DNA of 64,000 bases from contig NC_087437.1 of the NCBI RefSeq assembly GCF_036321535.1, positions 26,972,001-27,036,000 on the forward strand. The letters run 5' to 3'. Below are positions 51,200 to 64,000 of this stretch, piece after piece. This DNA is from Camelus dromedarius. Its lineage: Eukaryota. Made by a program: the position numbers and the translations under genes. The notes below the pieces were generated by a model. The model ran no database searches and was not told the DNA's origin. It saw only the letters and a program-made list of their open reading frames with translations. Positions within the stretch are counted from its first letter, which is position 1. Each line of letters starts with the position of its first letter.

Positions 51200-52658
51200 A
51201 ACTGTGTATTCCCATCAGAAACAAAACAAGGATGACTCTGCATTCCACTATTTGATATTCTGAAAGACCTAGTCAATGTAACTGATCAAAAGAATACATA
51301 TACCCTTTTGAAAGGAGAAAACAGAATCCCATCTCTGCTCATAAAGATGAAGTCATAGTATAAGCAGCCTCTTAAAAAGCATAATAGAAGGAAAGATCCC
51401 ATATACAGCAGCAAAAACCAAGAAATATATATGGCTGATGGGTATATGACTGATGAGAAGAAAACTTTAAAACTTCTGAGGTGCAAACTATGACCTTTAA
51501 TAAGAATTTTACAAAGATGTCATTTCTCTCCAAATTAATTTAAAAATTAAATTAAAATGCCAGGATATTTTCTTTTTTATAACTAGATAATCTAATCTGG
51601 TTTTAAGGTTGATATTGAAAAATAAACATGCCAAGTATGTTTTGAAAGCTTTGCAAAAAAAGAGTAAGGAAGAGGGAATTCTGATACTATTAAATATTAA
51701 AATATAAGGCAATTGTAATTAAGGTAATTTGGTTCTGGCTTATGGATATTCAGGTAAATTAGTGGAACACAACAGAATTCAGAAATAGATCCATACTTCC
51801 ATAGCCATTGACATATAATAAAGTCAGCATTTGAATCAGTGGGGGAAAATAGTGATCATTTAATATATGATTTGAGGATAATTGGCTAGCTATTTGGAAC
51901 AAAATGTTATTATTGCTATTTATTTACCAATTGGGCCAAAAATTATACCTAAAACTACAGAACTAGAAGAAAACATGAGAGAATATTTTTCTAAAGTAGG
52001 AAAAGACTTTCTAAACCAAGCAGAAGTCATAAAGGAAAAGAGGTCAATTTTAATATATACAGTTATAGATTTCTACACTGGAGGAAGAAAAGAGTCCATA
52101 AATTAATTTCCCCCCAATTGTTATTTAGCTTTTTTTAGACAGATGGGATGAGTATGAGTATATTCTGTTAATATACCAAGTGTATCAATAAAAGACTAAT
52201 AACTAGAGAGAAAAATAGGTATGGGACAGTAAAAAATAGTGCACTGAAAAATAAATGAAATTATGTAAAAATATATTAAAAGGTGCTTAGCTTATAATAA
52301 AAGAAAACAAGGTACAAATTTTCACTTAGTAGATTGACAAAGATAAAAATATGAAACTATACAGTATGAGTGAGTGTGAGGGGAAAATCTGTGCTATCAA
52401 AAACTATTGGTAGTATAAATTGGCACAACTTCAAAGGGCATTTTGGTGGCACATTATCAAGTAATTGTATGTGCCCTTTGACCAGGCAGTGTTTCTCCTA
52501 TAGATGTATTTGTGTACACTCAGCAGTGGAGAATAAGCGGCAAAGTTTGTAATGGAATGTGGTGCAACTGGAAAAGAATGAGGCAGAGCTCAATGTGCTT
52601 ATGTGGAAAAATTTCCAAGATAGAGTATTAAATGAAACAAACAAGGTTTAGAACTTTG

Positions 52659-52700
<42 letters not shown>

Positions 52701-52860
52701 AAAAGGGAGATGCTTAATTTCAACAAAAATATTCTAAAAGGATATACAAAAAATATAACAGGGTTGCTTTTGTGTAGAGGGATTATTTTTGTGGCATGTT
52801 TTCCTATATAGTTTGTATTTTTATTATTATATGCATATATTAACTCTTCCAATAAAAAAA
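51200..52860 (+). mobile_element. Very old L1 ORF2/3' remnant containing a (GT)n microsatellite at about 52662-52698
   Basis: Patchy L1 ORF2 similarity (ATCAGAAACAAAACAAGGATG, CAGAAATAGATCCA, AAAACTACAGAACTAGAAGAAAACA); boundaries approximate. Confidence 0.55.
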
Positions 52861-53152
52861 TTTATTAATAATAATAACCTATGCTTCTATGAGCCCACAT
52901 TGCCAAAATGTTTAAAAGAAATTAAGATTCATTAGGGATTCTTAAATAAATTTATGATTATACATTAATCCCCATAGTACCTCATGTACAAATATTTTAA
53001 TTTTAACATACTTTGAAATTTTTGGGTTTTTTTTTTTTTTTTTTACTGTTTGACATGTTCAAGTGTTATATGATTATAACTTGTGCTGATAAATGTTATA
53101 TTCCTATATGTAATTGTTTATTGCTAATTTGGATTTTATTTTTTTTTTCTAG

Positions 53153-53724
53153 CAAAAAATGGTCCCATTTATGATGTAGTTTGGAATTCTAGTTCCACTG
53201 AGTTTTGTGCTGTTTATGGTTTCATGCCTGCCAAAGCGACCATTTTCAACTTGAAGTGTGATCCTGTGTTTGACTTTGGAACTGGTCCTCGTAATGCAGC
53301 CTACTACAGCCCTCATGGACATATCTTAGTACTGGCTGGATTTGGAAATCTGAGGGGACAAATGGAAGTGTGGGATGTTAAAAACTACAAACTTATTTCT
53401 AAGCCAGTGGCCTCTGATTCTACTTATTTTGCTTGGTGCCCAGATGGCGAGCATATTTTAACAGCCACGTGTGCTCCCAGATTACGTGTTAATAACGGGT
53501 ACAAGATTTGGCATTATACCGGCTCAATCTTGCACAAGTATGATGTGCCATCAAATGCAGAATTATGGCAGGTTTCTTGGCAGCCATTTTTAGATGGAAC
53601 ATTTCCAGCAAAAGCAATAACTTACCAAGCAGTTCCAAGTGACGTACCCAATGAAGAACCTAAAGTTGCAACAGCTTATAGACCCCCAGCTTTAAGAAAT
53701 AAACCAGTCACCAATTCCAAACTG
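53153..53724 (+). CDS. EIF2A: EIF2A exon 10 (572 nt): KNGPIYDVVWN..GFMPAKATIF..LAGFGNLRG..YRPPALRNKPVTNSKL
   Basis: ctag/gtacgt boundaries; beta-propeller motifs; ORF track 53224-53751. Confidence 0.97.
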
Positions 53725-56700
53725 GTACGTAACGATTTACTACTTTGGTAGGAAAGGTGTTTCAATGTGTAGAGTTCTCTAGACCTTTTTCTCATGCATG
53801 TTCTTGTGTAACTTTGTATTTGATAGTATATAAACTGTAGAGTAGAAATCATGGAGGACCTACTGCTGAAGCTGATGAACGGCTCACAATGTTAAATTGA
53901 CAAAGTAGTTAATGTAAAATCTCTGGGAAAGATAACTGGATATGACTTACTCGTTGTGGATTGTGGGCTGAAATTTAAATGCCTGTCAGGCTGGGCTGAC
54001 AGTGTAAGGCAGTGGTGAGGAGGAGAGAATGGTGAAAGGAACAGAATGTGCCCTCTTTAAAGGCCGTAGCAACTACGCAGCAGTAGCTGATTATTTCCAA
54101 AGGAGATTTTAGGCCCAGTTTGGAAAAATGTTTGGTTTTTCAGGACTAAATAAGTCTGAATGCTTATGTTTTTAAAACACTGCTGGTCAAGCGGAAAACA
54201 TTTGTTATCCTTCGGCCATCAGTTCCTCACCTCTATTGTAAAGTTATGACTAGAGTCTTGGTGAGATTCTAATCTGCTTTAAAATATTAGCATTTCAGAG
54301 CTTAGGGGAGAGCATTTATTAATGACCTGAGTTTCTGTGATGATGGTTAAGAATAAAGAAAGTTGCTCTAAGAATGAACAATATCCATGGTATTAATAGA
54401 AGGATGATCACACAATAGTTGTAAACTGGGACTGTTCCAAGTAAATGGGGACATATCATCACTTAATTATTAGGCACTCAGGGAAGTAGATATTTTTTCA
54501 AAGGATAGATATTCCTGTGCCTCCCTTGTGCCACTCTTAACCCTCTCAAAAACAGAAACAAAAGAGCACCTCTTCTTCCTCCACAGAATGTAGCATTTTG
54601 ATTGCATTGATTTCATTGAAATGTTCTGTTTAAATATCTTTGTTGTTTTATATGCATTAAAAATATATAAAAGCTTATATAACAAATTAAGCTCTATTTA
54701 TGATTTTTGTATTTAGATAAAAAATAAAGGATATTGTAGTTTTAGGATTTGTTCTATCTCTTTATTGAAATTTTCCTTACCTAAGATAAAACACAGAAGT
54801 GACCTTAACCCATTCTATTTTCCAAATCTGTGTAAGTTGGCACAAGAGGAAGACATTCTGAATTAGTGTGTATTTTTATTCTTTGATCCATACAACTAGT
54901 TTGTTTTGGTAGGAGGAGGAAACTAATATAGAAAGATAATATTTTGAAAATGGTGAAAAAACTAAGTAAGAACTTAAAACCAAAATTTTTCACCATTTAA
55001 TATTGCCATAAATTTTTGCTTTTGTATGTAACATGGTGATTATGTGATTCTATCAAATCATTTTAGTTGGAGAAACTACATGCCTGTGAGTGAGAAAATT
55101 TTGTTCGTATCTAATTCCAGAAAAGAGCTAAATGGCAAAGAAAACAGTGTCAAGAAATTACTAGAAACAAAGATAGCCTGGTCGATAACTTCACAGATGA
55201 GTAGGGTTACATAGCAGAAGGAGGGATAAAAAAGATGCTTGTTTTTTTCCTCCTGGAGAAAAAACTTACTTTTTTTATAAGTAAAAAATGCATGTATAAA
55301 TTATATTTTTAAAAGTATTTCTTGGCTTTCCAGAAAAACTTTACTTTTATAATGTGTTCATTAAAACAATCTCATAATAATTAATATAGTTGAAAAAACA
55401 AACTTTATTAAGAAGGATGAAATTGGGTACAGTAGACACATAGAACTGAGGCCAGAGAAGCTCAGATCCATGGTCGCTGTGTGGTTTTTTTCCATCTGAA
55501 GTGAAAGCTTGTCAGTGGCTACATGATGCTCATAGTGTAGAAGACACTTGTAACTCATCCTCTTTTGCATCATTCTTAATTGCTTTGTCATTTTTTCTTA
55601 AGTTCTCATGAGTAGAAACCTTTTCAGCCAAAGCAAAGTACTGTAGAAGAGCCCACTATTAAAAGAATTTTGATGTATAAAACAAATGTTCAGCAAATAT
55701 TAGTATATCTTAACTAACATTGTGTGCAGTGAGGATAAAAAAGTGAAATAAGCTTGCCATCCAAATTTGTCTGTTCTACAGATGTGGGTTTCAAGTAGGG
55801 TATGTCCACATATAGAACTTGGATGCCTGCAATAGTTAATGCAGCTGCTAAGATAAAGTCATTTTATGGTTTCTTACTCCTCTATATCTTAAATGTTTGA
55901 GCCCTGCCCGTTTGACACTTATAAGTACAATACAGATCTGAGATCTAGAACTCAAGAAACTTCATGGAGATCTGGTCCTTCTGACGTGCTGAGTATCATA
56001 GTGTAAGACAATTAACATTAAGACAATAGCAATGTGAAGAGCAATAAATAAGTAAAGGAATCTGATAATAAGTTGTAGTGCCATTACTTATACTGTATGT
56101 TGTCTGGAAGTACCTTTTTTTTTTCAGCTTTATTGAAACATAATTGACATACAAAATTATAAAATATTTAAAGTGTACATCATGGTGATTTGACATATAT
56201 ATACATTGTAAAAAGGTTTCCCCTCATCTAGTTAATTAATACGTTCATCATCATATTTATTTATTTATTTTGGTAAGAACATTTAAATTCTACTCTCTCT
56301 TCAGTTATACAGTTTACAGTAGAGTGTTAATCAAATATAGTCACTGTGTTTTACATTAGATCCTTCTTGATCCCGTATGTAATTCACTCTCTTTCTGTTG
56401 TTGAATGTAGTTGATAGTTATATAAATATCCAATGATGAAATGATTGTCTGTTTTAATTGTATAGTCTGACAAGTCATTTAGTTTTTTGAAGGCCCCTTC
56501 ATTATGTTAATTCTGGATTTATAACTATGTAGTTACTTCCTATTTGATTTATTTCCTCATTGTCTGTTTTTGTTTTTCCAGTTGCTTTTATTTTTAACCT
56601 TCTAATCTCTGATTTTGCAAGTAAGGATCTAGCAAATGATTCTTTGTGCAAAGAAAACAGATGAGGCAACTGGGTTTCTGTTGGCAGTAGTCCAAAAAGG

Positions 56701-57048
56701 ATCCATAAAGACTGCAGAAGAAGCTATTGTTAATATTTAATTTCATAAGAATCATGTGTTAGTAGCAGCACCACAAAAATTCCACTGTTTAAACAAAACT
56801 AAAGTGAATTTTGCCAGCTCTTATATAACTGAAAGTTACCACATATCAACTAATAGGAAGATCCTTATTATATCCATCTTGACAGTTGAAGTGTGCCTAC
56901 TATAAAAAGTTTTGAAATATTCTTTGCTGGTGAACTTAACATAAATTTAATGAAAGTTTATCCTGTACTAGCAAAATTGTGTAATTTATTGTATATGTTT
57001 TTAAAAACATGAATTCCATTTCAAAATCATTTATTGCATTTTCCATAG

Positions 57049-57162
57049 CATGAGGAGGAGCTACCTCAGAATATGAAACCACAACCAGGAAATGAGAAGC
57101 CGTTATCAAAAACAGCCCTTAAAAATCAAAGGAAGCATGAAGCTAAGAAAGCTGCAAAGCAG
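57049..57162 (+). CDS. EIF2A: EIF2A exon 11 (114 nt): HEEELPQNMKPQPGNEKPLSKTALKNQRKHEAKKAAKQ
   Basis: catag/gtactt boundaries. Confidence 0.95.
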
Positions 57163-58114
57163 GTACTTGGGGCACTTCTTCAAAACAAAACAGACAAAAC
57201 CAGTTAAATTAGTACTATGCCTTAAAGTTTAAAGAGTTGTAGTCCTAAAAACTTACTTGATTGTTATGTTATAAAATGTAGTTGGATTAGATTTAAATAG
57301 ACAGAACATCTCTTTTGTATTTGCCTGTGAATTTCTAAGTAGTCCCATATATATAACATGGGACTTAGGAAAGTGGAACTGACCTTAAAACCTGAAACCC
57401 TAATGGGATTATGTAGTATGTTACTTGCAACAGACCCTTTTTGGGGAACCTGTGTGAAGCTGTATAGTTTGCTTTCTTGAAAGTATGTTATTTGTTAAGA
57501 GACCAGAAATTACATGACTGTAAAGCCATTTTACTAGAGGAAATTATTCAGCTGGGAATCTAAACACCAGAAGTACCCAAACAATGGAATTGTTCTAAAA
57601 TAATTTTTTATATGATTTGGTAGTTGGTAAACTACACACCAGCATAATAATTGACAAGTGTTATGGTGTGTGGCTTATGGTGCTAGTGATACCAGCTAGG
57701 CTGGAAATACCTGGTTAGTAAAGTTGTGGTAACCACATTTTTGAGAGTCAGACAATTTGGTCTTGCCTGTTAATGCTTGAATTGTGACAGTTCTAGGTTA
57801 CTTATGTGTTTTGGTAGGCAGTTACTATTTTAAGGTATAGAATTTCATTATGCAACCATATTCTGCTAAAATCTGGGCTTAAAAATCAGTGTGCTCTTCT
57901 GTAGTTAATATATCTCATCTCCAGAAATATCTTTAAATAGCCTAGGCCTAGGTCATTCCAGGTAAAATGATCCAGTCCGTGTATTAGACGTTATAGTATA
58001 AAAGCAGAAGCCTTTCATCAGAGTGAGTGGAGACCTCTGCTGGCCCTGAATATTACAGGTTGGTAGTATCCTTATAACTATTGGTAGCCAAGAGTCCTTT
58101 TTTTGTCGTCGTCG

Positions 58115-58878
58115 TTTTTTCAGCTAATAATTTCAGGTATAACTGACAAAAATTTTACAGTGTTCAACATGATATAATACAGGTATACATTGTGAAAGGA
58201 TTCCTACAATCAAGTTAATTAACACATTCATCACCTTACCTATTTACTTTTGGGGATGAGAGCACTTAAAATTCTACTTTCTTAGCAAATTTCAGTTACT
58301 GTATTTAATACAATATAGTATTATCAACTATAGTCACCATGTTATACGTGAGATACTCAGACCTTATTCATCTTACAACTGAAAGTTTATACCATTTTAC
58401 CAACCTCTCCCCCATTTTTCCCACCCTACTAGCTGCTGGTAGCCAGCATTCAACTCTGTTTCTATGAGTTTGATTTTGTTTGTTTGTTTGCTTCCACATA
58501 TAAGTGATACCATGCAGTATTTATCTTTCTGGCTTATTTCACTTAGCATAATGCCCTCCAGTTTCACGCATCTTGTTGCAAATGGTAGGATTTACTTTTT
58601 CATGGCTAGATAATATTCTACACTGTGTGTATACATATGTATGTATATATATCACATTTTTCTATATCCATTCATTCATTAATGGACACTTAGGTTGTTT
58701 CCATATCTTGGCTACAATAAATAATGTCACAATTTACATGGGAGCACAGATACCTCTTTGGGATAATGATTTTATTTCCTTTGGATATATAACCAGAAGT
58801 GAGATTACTGGATCGTATGGTAGCTCTATTTTTAGTTTCTTGAGGAACCTCCATACTCTTTTATATACTGGCTGTATA
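58115..58878 (-). mobile_element. 5'-truncated L1 (L1MA-like 3' end)
   Basis: ATGGACACTTAGGTTGTTTCCATATCTTGGCTA.. and L1MA-type 3'UTR. Confidence 0.8.
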
Positions 58879-59986
58879 AGTTTCTTTCTAATTGAGATTT
58901 AAAGGCCTTCTGAAACCCACTCAACTTAGAATCCTATTTTTATAAGTGATATTTCTTCCTCTTTATCAGAAGATATTTTTAATATGCCCATTACTGATAC
59001 TGAGCTAAGATCGCTTTGTAATAAAATATTAGTTGTTTATTTTGTGTGTTTTTCTGGTATTTGAGCACATAAAATTTTGGGAGGAGGGTCATAGAATCAG
59101 TATATCTTATTGAGAAAAATCAATATTAAAATATTTTGACTTTCTTGAAGATAGCCCTCTAGCTCTTTTGAAAAGGCAATCAGTGCTATTAATGTAAAAC
59201 ATAATAATTAAAAAAACAACTCCCCTACCCTACCCCACCTCTTACGACCATATAATCACCCACAGGAGCATGTTATTTACTGAAGATGATAGCACTAATC
59301 TGTCATTATGGAGTTGCTCTTTGCGTGTTTCCCAGTGATGGCAAAGAGTTTTCTACTTGCAAGATAATCCTTTAAATTTGCATTTTTGAGACAGCTGGGT
59401 AGAGTTAGTATAAGTTATGACTGTGTGCTAGAACAAAGGTAAATAATCTATGACAGGATCTCACCTTGATCAGAGCTTCTTATCCCTGACTGTGAATTAA
59501 GGAACCAAAGATAAAGGAGTCGGATGTATATTACTTAACCAGGTACTTTTTAAAATGTGATGATTTTGTAAGCTTATCAACTTTACCAAAAATAATTGAA
59601 ACAAAATTTAATCTTACCATATACGACCTTCCAGAGAATGACCAGAATTTAAGTATAATAACAGACATTTTAACTTATTCTTGGTTTTTTTAAATATGGA
59701 GGAAAATTATGTCATATTTCACTTAACTTTAATAGTTGTTCACATTTATGACATTAATCTTCCTAGAAAAATTAATATTCTCAGTTGGTTACAAACAACT
59801 AAATTTAAAAATTTTTTATCTGATGTCAAAAGTGAATTTTTTTTTTTGGGTAATCCTTTCTTTACATTTTATATAAAGATAAAATCATATTTTGGTTTCT
59901 GAATTTTGTATACCAAGGTTATGTTGGTTGAAATCCTTTGATGATTTCATTTTAGAAAATTTAATTTTTGAAAATATTTCCTGCAG

Positions 59987-60115
59987 GAAGCAAGAAATGA
60001 CAAAAGTCCAGACATGGCACCTACTCCCGCCCCACAGAGCACACCACGAAATACTTTCTCTCAGTCAACTTCTGGAGACCCTGAGATAGACAAAAAAATC
60101 AAGAACCTAAAGAAG
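59987..60115 (+). CDS. EIF2A: EIF2A exon 12 (129 nt): EARNDKSPDMAPTPAPQSTPRNTFSQSTSGDPEIDKKIKNLKK
   Basis: ctgcag/gtggga boundaries. Confidence 0.95.
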
Positions 60116-60922
60116 GTGGGAAGCTTAAGTGAAAAGCAGATGTGTTTACTGAGAGAAATACATGAGAATTACATAAAGAAAACAATGCCTAGCTGCCTAA
60201 AGATGGGAATCTGAGAAGTTTGTAGCAGTTCTCATGGTTGCTCTCTCACTGTGAAATACTGTAACAGCAATGGCACTGATTTTGGTTCTCTTCACAGATG
60301 GCTAAAGGATTTTAGAGTTTTTATATTGATTTTTGGAGTAATAAGAAATAATGTTACATTTGTACAGAAATATGCCAGCACTTTTATACTCACTATTTCA
60401 TTAGACATTTGTGAGACAGATAGGGACAGATATTTATCCCAGTTTTAAAGATGAAGAAACAGAAACAAAAGGAATTTCAGTTGATTGTCAAATTGTAATT
60501 AGTTCATGATGGTAGCCTTGGAGGTAAAAATCTAGGTTTCTAGAGCCCTCTCCAGGCTTCATTATGGAGTTTCTCTTAAAGCCCAAAGACACCAGTCAGG
60601 TACAGTGAGATGGTGAAATTGGTGATATAGTTACATATATATATTCGTGTACATACACATAGATTTACATATATGATAATTAAAATCTTGAAAAATACTT
60701 TGCCAGAGTCCATGTTCTTAACATACCCAATTTTACGTTTAATTTTAAAACGTAGCTTTACCTTAGCATTTTAACAGTGTATTCTTGATACAAATGTAAG
60801 ATAATTGATTTTCCTTATTCAGGTTTCACATTTATATGATTGAATTGTTATGTTAATAAGAAAATTTGCATTCTAAAATTACTTATTCTTCCTTCCTTTT
60901 GACTCATATTTGATGTTTGCAG

Positions 60923-60988
60923 AAACTGAAAGCAATCGAACAACTGAAAGAACAAGCAGCAACTGGAAAACAGCTAGAAAAAAATCAG
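60923..60988 (+). CDS. EIF2A: EIF2A exon 13 (66 nt): KLKAIEQLKEQAATGKQLEKNQ
   Basis: tgcag acceptor, gtcttt donor. Confidence 0.94.
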
Positions 60989-61603
60989 GTCTTTTCTGCA
61001 TTTTTTGTTTGGGCTCATGGTCACTACCACCTTTCCCCTTTTTATTATAAGCAATTGTTTAATCAGGTAAATAGCGTATTGATTTTAAAACTTCTTTTGA
61101 AGATCATACGCCATTTTTTTTTTTTTTTTTTTTAACATTTTTACTCTTAGCAGGGGAGGATGGGGAAGACATGATATGGGTCATGGTGAACAAGGGAGTG
61201 CCTATTTCCTGTGAGGCATACTAATGCCTTTGCTGCTGAAAATAAAGGCAGTTTATTATGATAGACAAATAGAAGATTCTCTTCCTGTATCTGGTTACAC
61301 TGTCCTGTTTGCCCCTTTCCTGCCTCCTTTCCTCAGCACTTTGAAGCCCAAGTGTAGAGTGAAAAATTTATTAGACCTAAAGGGATGCATTAAGACAGCT
61401 CTGTTTTTTGCCCCCTGATTCATACCAAATAACAAATTAGAACTTGTTTGTAAACTGTATTTTTTTAATCTGTGTTTACCAGTAGATCTGATAAAGTCTC
61501 AGAAATACTTTCTCTAAATTTTTTTCTCCTTTGCTGTATAGCTATAGATCCAATAATTATTTCATTTCTTATTTAATAACTGTATTGTTTTAAACTTTTT
61601 TAG

Positions 61604-61669
61604 TTGGAGAAGATTCAGAAAGAGAAAGCCCTTCTCCAGGAGCTGGAAGATTTGGAACTGGGTATTTAA
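61604..61669 (+). CDS. EIF2A: EIF2A exon 14 coding part (66 nt): LEKIQKEKALLQELEDLELGI*
   Basis: tttag acceptor, TAA at 61667-61669; exon sum 1758 nt = 585 aa + stop. Confidence 0.96.
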   Translation: MEKIQKEKALLQELEDLELGI

Positions 61670-61977
61670 AGATTCACAGAAAGCAAGTTGGTTACCATAA
61701 ATCAGTACAAACACATTTTCTGTTAAACTGGTGTACATGGAATATCCATGTGCTCACATTTAATGTTCATTTACAATTTTAACCATTTATCCAAGATTCT
61801 GCATATGTGTGAAATTATTTAATAATGTCTATTAAGTTGATTTTTACATCTTGCATTCTATATTATGTCAACCCATGATATAGAAAAGAGACACATGGTT
61901 TTTTTAGTTAAGCTTGACAGATTGAAAGACCAGTGTCACTGTTTTTTTGGTAAGGGACAGTATTTACCATATAAACA

Positions 61978-61983
61978 AATAAA
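61978..61983 (+). terminator. EIF2A: Candidate EIF2A polyadenylation signal (another AATAAA at 62278-62283)
   Basis: AATAAA about 310 nt after the stop, followed by GT/T-rich sequence. Confidence 0.65.
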
Positions 61984-63374
61984 GACATTTTGCATTTAGT
62001 CATTGTTGGCTTTGTTATAAGTTCCTAATTAACAAGTCCTTTATTAATTTATAAGGCATATTTGGGAAATTTTTCTTTTGAATATATAATATGGCTTCCT
62101 TGATTCTAAAACATTATATTGTCAAACTTTAAAGAAAAGCCTTAAAATCAGGTTGCACTAAATATATTGTTTATATTATTTGTAGTACTTGAAGTAAAGT
62201 TTTTCTAACTAGTTCTAAAGTAAATATAGACTTTAAAAATAGAAAATAGTAAAACATTTTATTTTGAGATTTCAAATAATAAACCTAATAATTTAATGTT
62301 GAACTATGCCTTTGCTGCTGAAAACGTGAACTATGATTATTTTGCTATAGTCGAGTCTTGATTGTTTTGCTTGTTCACTCATATGATTAAAAAAAGATGT
62401 ACTGATGATCCAAGACACTCAGCTATCAAAACTAATTTATATTCGGTTTCAGAGTCTATTACAATTTTTTCATCAGTTTTACAGTTGAAGTTGTTTTTAT
62501 TTCATTTTCATTGATACAGGTTTTCATTTTCCAGAGCTAATATTTAAACTGATAAGTAAAAGGAAAGAGCCTAGAAATACTTTGAGAGATAACCACAGAT
62601 AGTTAAGTTTATTGATGCCCCAAAGCTGCTAATAATATTTGGTAAAGACTAAATAAATTAAGATTTTAATGATATTTTAAATGTTTTGTGTGTGGAGTAA
62701 GTGTGGACACACAGGCAGACACATACACACTCACACACACGCATGTACATAAAATTGCTTTCAACATTAATTAATTTCTGACAATAGAAACTTAGGCAGC
62801 TTGATTACTTTTATAATATATTACTTAAAAGATTGTTTTTCTAATAAAATGTTAAGTAATGCATCCTGAGACAGTGTAATGTTTTTTGGCCTGACAGCCA
62901 AAGAATTTTTTTTTAGATTAATTATCATTTATAGCACAGTTTACAGTAAACATATTAATCATTTAAAAAATGTTTGTCTCAGAGGTGGTATCATTGAACC
63001 TTTTGTTTTAGTCAGATGCTTTTTAATTGCTCCAAGGTGACTTTCTACCAAAACTCTTAGATTGCTTAGACTCATTTTTTAGAATTATTTTCATTTTTCT
63101 AATCATTTAATCCATTTAATTTTTTCCAAAGAAATGTTTTAATTCTGGTCAAATATCGATGCAAAAATTACTGAGGTGTTCTTTACATATTTTATTTGAT
63201 TTTTATTTTAAATATGTTATTCTCTGGAAGTAAGAGAATGGCGATAGAAAAAAAAAGTGTAAAGTGATGAAAGTCTGCTTGAAAATGAAATTTTAAATAC
63301 ATTGCTGTATTCATTATAAAGGAAAACCTGTAAATCCTGGATTCTCATAAAAACCTCCTTTTCTTGGGGGATTG

Positions 63375-63475
63375 GGGGTGAGGGTATATAGCTCAGTGGC
63401 AGAGCGCATGCTTAGCATGCATGAGGTCCTGGGTTTTATCCCTAGTACCTCCACTTACAAGAAAAAAAGAAAAGT
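63375..63475 (+). mobile_element. tRNA-derived SINE (Vic-1-like)
   Basis: TATAGCTCAGTGGCAGAGCGCATGCTTAGCATGCATGAGGTCCTGGGTT plus A-rich tail. Confidence 0.85.
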
Positions 63476-64000
63476 GCAATGTAAAAATCTTTCCTTAATC
63501 ATGTCAGAAGTGTATTTGGCATTTGTCATAAGCGTCCGTGAATAACATCATATAAGCTTGTATAAGGCAAATCAGTAGGCACAAAGGCTCTTTCATGAGT
63601 TAAGCAAGGTTCTCAGGGAGGGAGGAGAAAAACAAAACCCAACTATCATACCCCCCAAAAAGGAAATTCTCTTAGAAAAGAAATAGAGGTATAATTTATG
63701 TCAAAACCTGCTTATATATGTTGCCAAATAAAATAATACAGCATATTTTCAAAACAATACTATATTTTTTTATGGAAACATTGAAGTCTGTAAACTTCCA
63801 GAAAAAAGTTTGATGAGGGTACACACTAAACTGATGGCACTGACTACTAGGGTTGAGAGTGGTCAAAAAGAACTTCAGGTTTATTTGTAATGTTTAACTT
63901 TTTTATATGTAAAGAAGAATAGTTTTGTACAGTTTAAAAATCATAATCTAGGCTTCAGAATAGGAAATTGTCTTCTTCCAGTTCAATTTTATATACCTCT

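Noticed and set aside
1..64000. CRISPR array, operon or prokaryotic defence system
   Set aside because: Mammalian intron-exon DNA; no regularly spaced repeat-spacer array or bacterial-like gene cluster seen

Overview
Mammalian genomic DNA, very probably camelid (four tRNA-derived Vic-1-like SINEs). The window holds two complete head-to-head genes sharing a CpG-island promoter. SERP1 (minus strand) has 3 coding exons, encodes 66 aa and has a long 3'UTR. EIF2A (plus strand) has 14 coding exons whose lengths sum to 1758 nt (585 aa + stop) once a spurious 200-N gap inside exon 6 is closed. The rest is mostly transposon-derived: L1 of several ages, an ERV1 pro-pol remnant, a solo LTR, MaLR LTRs, Tigger/MER5 DNA elements, SINEs and microsatellites, plus a decayed EIF1A processed pseudogene. 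I do not see a new multi-gene system. The most unusual items are retrotransposition products: a TSD-flanked ~3.1 kb L1 with both ends and ORF1 but almost no ORF2, a U6-L1 chimera, and an L1 whose 3' end is replaced by non-L1 sequence. Also notable are a stop-free in-frame SERP1 intron 1 and an exact 19-bp repeat around the last EIF2A exon. Repeat family names come from recognition, not a database search, and boundaries of old repeats are approximate.
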